Assembly: GCA_902384455.1 (NCBI GenBank)
Contig: CABMCB010000009.1
Span: 1-51,308, forward strand
Source of the DNA: an uncultured archaeon
GTDB lineage: Archaea; Altiarchaeota; Altiarchaeia; IMC4; SCGC-AAA252-I15
Direction: 5' to 3'
DNA length: 51,308 nt
The notes under the pieces were generated by a model that was given only the letters and a program-made list of their open reading frames with translations, did no database searches and had not been told where the DNA came from. Each line of letters opens with the position of its first letter. Positions within the stretch are counted from its first letter, which is position 1. Both the position numbers and the translations under genes were made by a program. This document shows positions 19,139 to 26,584 of this stretch, piece after piece.

Positions 19139-20061
19139 ACTCCGCAAGCAAAAACCCAGACATACGCGCCTTCACAGACACAGACCGGGCCAACGCCGCG
19201 GATGAAATCAGAAAAGTCCCCCTACTAGGATTCTCAACCTCAAACGAAGGATTCCCCTCCGGCGGAGCAGTAACAGACCGCCGACACAGAACAGTAATAA
19301 TAGACGGCCGGCAATTCATATTCAAACTATACGGCGAAGGCCCGCTCGTCCCAGCAGGATACACGCTGGAAGACGCCACGCTGATGTGCGACGCAACACG
19401 CGACTACTCCCGCCTACTCGAAAACTCAGGAATAAACGTCCCAGTACTCAAGGCAGTCCGGCCCGTAATCTACAAAGACACTTCCCCGAAAACATATGCC
19501 GTAGGTGTACTGCAAGAGCAGATTCACGACGGCGTCAACGCGCAGACTCTCGCCGAAACAGACGGCATGTCAGACGACTTCGTCGTCCGCCTGCACGGCG
19601 CCATTCTGTCCGCAACCAAACGCGTCATAGACTCCCCCTCCGCATACAGACCGAAAACTCCAATGGAAGCTCCAACAGGATTCGACAACCGCACCGACAA
19701 CTTCGTGTTAGACAAAGACGGACGGCTGTTTTTTGTAGACCCCTACCCGCCGTTTCAGCTGGCCGCGGACGGAAAATTCGCGGTAGACGCTCCGATGCGC
19801 AGGTCCATAAGCGAAGTCGACTTCGACTTAGTTCATGAAGTCACATGCGGTCGCTTGTTCCTGTACTGTCGTCCGCTTCTTTTTCTGCAGATGGCCCGCC
19901 CGCATTTGAGGGGGACTCTGGAAGCGCAAGCGTTAGGTTTTGTGCGCCAAAACGAACATCCCGAAGTCGCTCAGGCAATCGAAGCAGAAATAGCGGGCGG
20001 ATATCCTCAATACAAAAGCAAAAGTCCGGAAGTAGCCCGCGGCCTGATAGTGATACAATAA
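19135..20061 (+). CDS. Uncharacterised protein-kinase-like fold protein
   Basis: Gly-containing loop, IFKLY, GINVP, VLQEQI, catalytic-loop-like FDNRTDNF and FVD. GTGA overlap with bud32. Confidence 0.55.
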   Translation: MNSASKNPDIRAFTDTDRANAADEIRKVPLLGFSTSNEGFPSGGAVTDRRHRTVIIDGRQFIFKLYGEGPLVPAGYTLEDATLMCDATRDYSRLLENSGINVPVLKAVRPVIYKDTSPKTYAVGVLQEQIHDGVNAQTLAETDGMSDDFVVRLHGAILSATKRVIDSPSAYRPKTPMEAPTGFDNRTDNFVLDKDGRLFFVDPYPPFQLAADGKFAVDAPMRRSISEVDFDLVHEVTCGRLFLYCRPLLFLQMARPHLRGTLEAQALGFVRQNEHPEVAQAIEAEIAGGYPQYKSKSPEVARGLIVIQ

Positions 20062-20076
20062 AAAACGGCTGTCAGT

Positions 20077-21060
20077 CTAAACCAAGTTTACTCCTTGTAT
20101 TTCCTGTTTGATGTGTTGTGCGAGCGGGTTCACTACGTATCCGCCGGTTAGGCCTAGTTTCCTGTTGGCGTTTCTGCCTAAAACAGACCAGCGTCTTTCG
20201 TAGTGGTCAACAAGTTTTTCAAGAAGCCACGGGTTCTCAATTTCCATCCCCACACCCAACGAAAATAAAGCCAATTTTTCAGGAGCAACCAAAGCCGGAT
20301 GGCCTCTCAGGCGGTCGTCTTCTAATGCGCCTTCAAGTATGTCGCGGCCTAGGAAGTTTGTTGTAACCGCCGGGAGTTCTATGACGCGTGCCGGAATTTG
20401 GTGTTCCGGCGTTTCTTTTTCAGGCATGATTTGGAGTGTTCTGCGGTCTCCGGTCTGGTACCGTAATATGCTCCCTCTTTTTTCGACCAGTATATGAGCT
20501 GAGAGAAGCGCCGTTTCCTGCGGAGTCAACGGTTCCCCCGTCCTGATTTTATGCCTCATAGCCAAGATTGTGTCGTTTATGTCGCCCTCGTAAACCCCAA
20601 CCTTAAGTTCATTAAGCTTAGTCCAGTGTCCGCTGAATTCATCGTCAGGCCACGCTATGGAGTATGGGGTTGTGGCCTTGTCCAGTCGGGCGGTGTAGTT
20701 GTGCATTGAGTAAAACGTTGTCTCCGGATTGTCTTCAGCCAGCTTCCTTATGTACTCTAATGCTTCCCTGTTCCACGTTGCGCCCTGAAGGTTCGCCATC
20801 AAAACATCCCCCGAGATTTCATTCTCCCTAAAGGCCTCAAACAAAGGCGGAAGCTGATGCAGGTAGGTGAGTTCGAGGGGAATAGGATATAGTCGCGTTT
20901 GGATTCCTTCCCGCGTCAGCGCGTCGACAAGATTCTTGCCTGCCTCCATGGCGCCCTCCTCAAGCGGGTGTTCTCCCACGATGATGCCCACCTTCGCGGA
21001 GTGCGGCCGCATTAGTCCTACGTCGTCAATTGGCGTTTGACTTTGGCGTAAGGCATTCAT
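20077..21060 (-). CDS. Hypothetical protein, possible M14/AstE-like zinc hydrolase fold
   Basis: Long ORF; IIVGEHPLE (HxxE), YSMHNY, VIELP. The fold call is weak. Confidence 0.5.
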   Translation of the reverse strand: MNALRQSQTPIDDVGLMRPHSAKVGIIVGEHPLEEGAMEAGKNLVDALTREGIQTRLYPIPLELTYLHQLPPLFEAFRENEISGDVLMANLQGATWNREALEYIRKLAEDNPETTFYSMHNYTARLDKATTPYSIAWPDDEFSGHWTKLNELKVGVYEGDINDTILAMRHKIRTGEPLTPQETALLSAHILVEKRGSILRYQTGDRRTLQIMPEKETPEHQIPARVIELPAVTTNFLGRDILEGALEDDRLRGHPALVAPEKLALFSLGVGMEIENPWLLEKLVDHYERRWSVLGRNANRKLGLTGGYVVNPLAQHIKQEIQGVNLV

Positions 21061-21119
21061 TGCAGAATAACTTATGGGCGTCCGGCGTATTATCCTTTTT
21101 TTCTCTTTAGGGAGTCGGT

Positions 21120-21755
21120 TTACTGTGCCTGTTTGGTTTCCGCCAGAAACTTTTTTACTGCTGGTACGGCTTCCGGCAGCGAGCCGACGAAAACGTATCC
21201 TCTTTCCTTGAATCGAGTGTAGTCCGCGTGTTTGTCTTTTCTTTCCACCACTATCTTGAGGCGTGCGAGTTCGAACAGGTCCTCCTCGTTTGCGGGGTCG
21301 TCGCCTACGTAGACGTCCGGGAAAAGGCCGTCTGCGGCTTCGCTTTTCTTGTGGGTTCTGAATGCGAACGCCATAAGGTAGCGGTTGACTGCGATTGTTT
21401 TGACGCCTAAGCTTTCGCCTACTGCGTTCATCACGTCGTAGTCTCCGTTGCTGTAAAGCACGACTTCAGAGAATTTTTTGAGTTCCTCGACGGCTTGCCT
21501 GTTTTCCTGAGGGATGGCTTCGACGACGGATTTGATGGCGTCACGGCGTTTTTCAACGTCATAGTTGGAGAGTATTGCGTGCCTGTGCTTGTGGACGTCT
21601 ACTGCCGCAAGCTCCCCTTTCTTGTAGCGGGCCTTCATGTCCTCCATCTCCTTGCGTTCCTTATGGGGGACGTCCAGGCCGTCAAGAAGGGCCGCCATCG
21701 TGTGGGGGACGGCTACTACGTCGTCTACGTCTAGGCCTACGGTAGGCTTGCTCAT
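21120..21755 (-). CDS. HAD-superfamily phosphatase
   Basis: Motif I LDVDDV, motif II LYSNG, a Lys, motif IV YVGDD..ED. Confidence 0.75.
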   Translation of the reverse strand: MSKPTVGLDVDDVVAVPHTMAALLDGLDVPHKERKEMEDMKARYKKGELAAVDVHKHRHAILSNYDVEKRRDAIKSVVEAIPQENRQAVEELKKFSEVVLYSNGDYDVMNAVGESLGVKTIAVNRYLMAFAFRTHKKSEAADGLFPDVYVGDDPANEEDLFELARLKIVVERKDKHADYTRFKERGYVFVGSLPEAVPAVKKFLAETKQAQ

Positions 21756-21797
21756 CGTTTACATTATTTGCTTTTCCGTTAAGAAAAATGCGCCTTT

Positions 21798-23051
21798 TTA
21801 CTGTCCCAGAAGCTTTTCTTCTATGCGAAGCAGCCTGTTGTATTTGGCTACGCGCTCTCCTTTCGCTGGCGCGCCGATTTTCTGGTGAACCCTGAATGTG
21901 GGGTGGATGTTGGGGCATGCGACCGCCAAGTCAGAGGCGAATGTTTCGTCTGTTTCCCCGCTTCTGTGGCTTGGTATGGGAACAATACCGTTTTTGAGCG
22001 CGAACCTAGTCGTCAGAATCCCGTCCCAAAGGCTTCCCGCCTGATTCAACTTGATAAGAAGGCTGTTCAACGCGCCCTTCTCCTTCAGCATAGTAAGGCG
22101 GCCCACGTTTGTCGCAGTCAAGTCGTCTCCTATGATGAGCGCCTTGTCGCCGATTTTCCTTGTGAGCTCGGCGCTTCCTTCAACGTCATCCTGGTCGAAG
22201 GGGTCCTCAAAGCCCTTCATGAAGTAGTCATTGGTGAGTTCCACGTAGAAGTCCACAAGCTCGCCTGTAGTCAGAATCTTGCCGTCCACAGTGTACCCGC
22301 CGTGAACCTTCCAGTGGCTCGCAGCAGCGTCAACGACGATGCCCACATCCTTAAGATTCAACCCAGCAGCCTCAATAGCCTCCTCGGCCGTATCCAATAG
22401 TCCGCGGCATCCTTCGAAGCAGGCGAATCCGCCGTCTTCGCCGGTCTTATGGCGGTCGGGGCCGAAGCGGCTGAGCGTAATCTTTGAGAGCGCAAGATAG
22501 ACGTCGCGGCCCAAAGTGGTTGCTTCGCGGAAACTTTTCGCCTTCTCGAATGTGATTTGAGTGTTCTGGAAGTTGTCTGCGACCTTCTCCATCCTGTCTT
22601 CGCCTTGAACCCGGTGAAGGCCTCCCATCAGCAAATCGACGAGCGGAACAGGAAGCTCATACTTCTTGTTCCCAAGGTAACCGCCCAAATACTCGTACAA
22701 CTCAAGGCCTTCCGCGGCTGCGGCGGCTTTTGCGGCCGCCACTTCCACAGACAGGAATGCGTTTGCGCCAAGGTTGTGTTTGTCTGGGGTTTGGTCTAAC
22801 GCTACGAGTCTGTTGTGGATTGATTCTACGTCCGAGCCGTCTGAGCCGACAAGCGCCTTCCTTATTTTTGTGTTTATGTTCGTGACTGCGTCAGCAGCCG
22901 GCAGGTACTTCGCCTCGTATTTCCCGCGGCTTTTCCCGTAAGGCACGCTTGCGCGGCCGAAAAATCCTCCTTCGAGTGTTACGTCGGCTTCAACTGTCCA
23001 ACTTGCGCGGCTGTCAAGTATCGTGCGCGCTTTAACAGACGTTATGTTCAT
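21798..23051 (-). CDS. eno: Enolase-family protein with atypical active site
   Basis: ILDSR, LGANA, DAAAS, EDPF, GDDL, LIKLNQAG, SHRSGET, ERVAKYNRLLRIEE. Deviations: QN for QE, GEDGG for GDEGG, PYGKSRG for PSGASTG. Confidence 0.85.
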   Translation of the reverse strand: MNITSVKARTILDSRASWTVEADVTLEGGFFGRASVPYGKSRGKYEAKYLPAADAVTNINTKIRKALVGSDGSDVESIHNRLVALDQTPDKHNLGANAFLSVEVAAAKAAAAAEGLELYEYLGGYLGNKKYELPVPLVDLLMGGLHRVQGEDRMEKVADNFQNTQITFEKAKSFREATTLGRDVYLALSKITLSRFGPDRHKTGEDGGFACFEGCRGLLDTAEEAIEAAGLNLKDVGIVVDAAASHWKVHGGYTVDGKILTTGELVDFYVELTNDYFMKGFEDPFDQDDVEGSAELTRKIGDKALIIGDDLTATNVGRLTMLKEKGALNSLLIKLNQAGSLWDGILTTRFALKNGIVPIPSHRSGETDETFASDLAVACPNIHPTFRVHQKIGAPAKGERVAKYNRLLRIEEKLLGQ

Positions 23052-24318
23052 GCTCCTTCACCTTTTGCGCTGGAGGCTTTACTCCGTGCTCAACGTTATA
23101 GACCGTCTCCCTAAGGCGCGGAACCAAAGGCACGCTGCTGTTTATCCCCTGCATCCCTATGTGCTGCGCCCATTTGATAGCCTCGTAATCGAACGTTTCC
23201 CCGCAAATACTGGGGTAAACGCCCAACTCAAGAGCCTTCTTAGTCGCAATCTCAACCAACTGCCTTACCGCAGGATGGTGCTCATTGAAACGTTTGGCTA
23301 TGTACGGATTAGCCCTGTCCACAGCCAAAGTGAACTGCGTCAAATCATGCGGCCCCACCTGAATGAAGTCGAGGCCGTGTTTGGCGAACTCAGAGACTGT
23401 TAACGCTGCTGAGGGGACTTCAACCATTATGCCCACTTTGACGTCTTCCCGGGGCTTAAGCCCTACTTGGCGCATTATGTCGAGAGCGCCTTTGTATTCG
23501 CTCACGTCGCTTATCATCGGGAACATGACCCAAAGGTTTTTGGCTCCCGCATCGACCGCTTCCTTTATCCCCAGAAACTCCGTCTCAAGAAGCTCCTTCT
23601 GGTCAAGGCCGCGTCTTATTCCGCGCCAGCCTATCATGGGGTTGAGTTCCTGCGGTTCGCTGTCGCCTCCGATGAGGTTCCTGAGCTCGTTTGTAGGCAT
23701 GTCGAGGGTGCGGTAGCATATGGGTTTGTCGCCGTAGGCTTTGGCTGCGGTTGAAAGCACCCGCGAGAGTTCTTTGACGACGTATTCTCTGCCTTCGTCT
23801 CCTATGAGGCGTATGGGGTGTTTGCCCATGCTGATGAAGAGGAATTTGGCGCGAAGAGGCACTATGCCGTCGCTTATCTTCTTCGCCTTAAGCATAGTCT
23901 CAAGTAGCCCTGCGACTCCGTACACGTGCATTTTGGTGGGCAGGGGTTCGGCTTCGATTTCCTTCTTGGTCAGTTTGGGTGCGTGGTCGCCTTCGTAGAG
24001 TTTGCCTGCTGTGGCATCCAGCGTTACTGTTGTGCCGTCTTCGGCGTCCGGCATCTTCTGGGAGATGATTGTGGGCACGCCCAGTTCCTTGCATAGCAGG
24101 AGCGCGTGGCTGCTTGCGTTGCCTTTGAAGAAAATGATGCCCAGTGCCCCCCCCTTAATCATCTGGTACACTCTGTCTGGGCCGCTGTAGTCTGTGACTA
24201 CTACGGCATTTTTTTGGGGCTTGAATTCGCCGTTCTCGTGCATTATCCGCTTGAGCGGGCCGGCTACGACGCCTGAAAAGACGGTGGTGCCGGAAAGGAG
24301 TATTGCTTTGGATTCCAT
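23032..24318 (-). CDS. PEP-utilising enzyme (phospho-His swivel domain plus PEP/pyruvate-binding barrel) without an ATP-grasp domain
   Basis: SSHALLLCKELGVP, TVTLDATAGKLYEG, YRTLD, ELNPMIGWRG, MVEVPS, DLTQFTLAVDR, SICGE. Only 428 aa. GAGGT SD upstream. Confidence 0.88.
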   Translation of the reverse strand: MESKAILLSGTTVFSGVVAGPLKRIMHENGEFKPQKNAVVVTDYSGPDRVYQMIKGGALGIIFFKGNASSHALLLCKELGVPTIISQKMPDAEDGTTVTLDATAGKLYEGDHAPKLTKKEIEAEPLPTKMHVYGVAGLLETMLKAKKISDGIVPLRAKFLFISMGKHPIRLIGDEGREYVVKELSRVLSTAAKAYGDKPICYRTLDMPTNELRNLIGGDSEPQELNPMIGWRGIRRGLDQKELLETEFLGIKEAVDAGAKNLWVMFPMISDVSEYKGALDIMRQVGLKPREDVKVGIMVEVPSAALTVSEFAKHGLDFIQVGPHDLTQFTLAVDRANPYIAKRFNEHHPAVRQLVEIATKKALELGVYPSICGETFDYEAIKWAQHIGMQGINSSVPLVPRLRETVYNVEHGVKPPAQKVKEHEHNVC

Positions 24319-24354
24319 TGTGTTTACCTCACGTTGAAAAAGGAGGCTGGGGGC

Positions 24355-24645
24355 TCAAATGCTCTCCAGCTCTTTAGCCTCGTCCTTAACGAATATGGTG
24401 ACGTGCTTGACGTCCTTCAGTTTCCTGAGCACAGTCAGGAGGGCGTTGTGCGTCTTGTCTGAATTCACCATAAGCCGTATTTCCACGGTGGACGGGTTTT
24501 CGTCGAAGTTTTCGGTGGGGAGCTTAATCTCTATGTCCAGGATTTTGGCGCCTGTGGCGTCTATTTCTCGCAGCGTGCTGCCGAATCCTGTGTCTATGAC
24601 GTGCCCATGAAGGGTTACGTACAGTATTTTCTTCATTGTTCCCAC
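24355..24645 (-). CDS. Stand-alone ACT-like domain protein (resembles the C-terminal half of archaeal COG2061 ACT proteins)
   Basis: LHGHVIDT..TLREID..ILDIEIKLP..STVEIRL; beta-alpha-beta-beta-alpha-beta pattern. Start may be the ATG at 24636. Confidence 0.6.
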   Translation of the reverse strand: MGTMKKILYVTLHGHVIDTGFGSTLREIDATGAKILDIEIKLPTENFDENPSTVEIRLMVNSDKTHNALLTVLRKLKDVKHVTIFVKDEAKELESI

Positions 24646-24892
24646 CGAAATGTGAATTAGAATATGCGTCCAAGCCTTTTAAATGGAATCCACAGCTTGA
24701 CTAGGGCAAATAAGCGGAAAAATGAGCGGAGAAGGAAAATTTTAAGTAAAGTCAGCGCATAAAAAGTATTTTTTAAGGCTTAGTTCGCATGGTTGAGTGG
24801 GGTGGGGTTGGTGGTTATAGCCTACGTAGCTGTTGGTTACGTTAGTTCTTTACTCTGTCACATCGGCCTAATCGATTTTAAGAGGTGTATGT

Positions 24893-25759
24893 ATGCGTAA
24901 ACCTTATCTGGTATTTTTGGTATTGGCGTTATTAGCCGTGTTTGTTGCTGCGGACAGTTACATTAACACGCAGGGCGGTAATTTGGTTTTGAATTTAGCT
25001 GGCGGAAAACTTGGTGTTGGAACCACAACTATGGGTAAGACGGTGGATATTACCGGTGATTTGGCGCTTGCTATTGCGAATAACGACAGTAGCCCTGCTT
25101 TGTCTTTTTCTGTTGATTCATACGGAGCAAATTGGTGGTCTAGTAACTCATATAATCGCTCGAATGCGGGTTCAGGTTGGACGAGGACGATAACGATCAA
25201 GAGCGGCAATGTTGGCATTGGGACGACGAGTTTGGCGTCGAAGCTTGTTGTCGCAGGCAACATACTACCCAGTTCAGACAACTCCAGTAACCTTGGTTCT
25301 TCAAGCAAACGGTGGAGAAACCTGTATTATGCTGGGCAGTTGTTGACTAGTTCAGTTGGATACAGTGCGCCGCACGGCAAGAGTGCCGTAGAAGTCGTTT
25401 CAAACATCAAAACTAACTCTGACGGAGAAATAGACCACAAAACCGTAGATAAAAGCCTATTGGTTTATCAAACCGACTATTCTCCAGAATACTACCAGCA
25501 ACTTGATGAAATAGAGAAAATAAGCGAAACATCAGGCAAGTCGCCCACGGAGATAGCCAAGGAAAACGGATACAAAGCCTACCTGAACAACGAAACCACC
25601 GAATACGAGCTCATAAGCGTAAGCAAACTCATCCTCGCGCAACAACAAGCAATCAAAGAACTAAACGACGCCTACAACAACCAACAAGAAACAATAGACA
25701 AACTACAAACCGAACTATGCAAAAAAGACGAAAACTACACATTCTGCACCACAACCTAA
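24893..25759 (+). CDS. Secreted tail-fibre/adhesin-like protein with chaperone-like coiled-coil C-terminus
   Basis: Signal peptide; GKLGVGTT and GNVGIGTT repeats; GNILPSSDNSSNLGSSSKRWRNLY; QAIKEL..QQETIDKLQ. Confidence 0.6.
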   Translation: MRKPYLVFLVLALLAVFVAADSYINTQGGNLVLNLAGGKLGVGTTTMGKTVDITGDLALAIANNDSSPALSFSVDSYGANWWSSNSYNRSNAGSGWTRTITIKSGNVGIGTTSLASKLVVAGNILPSSDNSSNLGSSSKRWRNLYYAGQLLTSSVGYSAPHGKSAVEVVSNIKTNSDGEIDHKTVDKSLLVYQTDYSPEYYQQLDEIEKISETSGKSPTEIAKENGYKAYLNNETTEYELISVSKLILAQQQAIKELNDAYNNQQETIDKLQTELCKKDENYTFCTTT

Positions 25760-25858
25760 ATGAAAAAACCCATAATCGTATCCACCGAAGCCTTACTACT
25801 AACGGCAGTGCTTGCTCTAGCCGTTATTAGTAGTAATCCTGTTACGCCCCAAATATGA
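25760..25858 (+). other. 32-codon signal-peptide-like mini-ORF or gene remnant
   Basis: MKKPIIVSTEALLLTAVLALAVISSNPVTPQI*. It starts right after the upstream TAA and has an ATGA overlap with the next gene. Confidence 0.4.
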
Positions 25859-26583
25859 AATTATCAAAAAAAAATATTTTCAAGATTATCGCTGGTTGTG
25901 GAATCATCCTACTTCTTCTTATCTCTATGAGTTATACCCTAGAATTTGTTAACCTCACGCCGGGAGAAAAGCCGAGAGTTTTGTATGATAACTTGTTGCC
26001 GTTTCCATTCGAGAACGGATGTAATGGACATATTATCCTAGGAAATTATGCGGGTGGTTTTGACTATGGTTTATGGATTACGTCTCAGCCTAGAGACATC
26101 CGGGAAATACGTGATCTTGCGCAGTCAAAGGGTTTCTATACAGAATTTGAAACACGGGGGTTCAAGGCAGAAGCATTAGAGGATTTTAATAAGAGATATA
26201 ATCTCTCCCTCAAAGTTGGTGAGACTCTAGACGTTGGAAAATACACGGTAAGCGGCATCAAGCCGCAACCTGTACAGAAATTCTATGATGGCGTAACAAG
26301 TGCATCAGGAGAATATGCAGTCTATAACTACTATTATCTTGTTGTAGAGAAACGAGTTGGAGTCAATCAGCTGTACCACATTGAAATCCAGAACTTAGTT
26401 GAAAGCTCTGATGTTAGCGAAAGCCCCATCATTTTCAGCATTCAACAAGAAGGAACTTGTAAAATTGACGAAATTCAAGTGAGGGAAAACGTCAAGAAAT
26501 TACTTGATGAACTTGAATTATCTCAACAGTGGATTGATAATATGTCAGTCAAGAAGTCGTACCCTATAAACGTAGCGCTTTGA
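25855..26583 (+). CDS. Hypothetical membrane-anchored or secreted protein
   Basis: Basic N-terminus followed by a hydrophobic helix; tightly coupled to the subtilase gene. Confidence 0.7.
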   Translation: MKLSKKNIFKIIAGCGIILLLLISMSYTLEFVNLTPGEKPRVLYDNLLPFPFENGCNGHIILGNYAGGFDYGLWITSQPRDIREIRDLAQSKGFYTEFETRGFKAEALEDFNKRYNLSLKVGETLDVGKYTVSGIKPQPVQKFYDGVTSASGEYAVYNYYYLVVEKRVGVNQLYHIEIQNLVESSDVSESPIIFSIQQEGTCKIDEIQVRENVKKLLDELELSQQWIDNMSVKKSYPINVAL

Positions 26584-26584
26584 C

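Noticed and set aside
24646-24892. Longest intergenic gap with a G/T-rich stretch; considered tRNA, ncRNA or att site
   Set aside because: No cloverleaf, T-loop or direct repeat found; consistent with divergent promoters.
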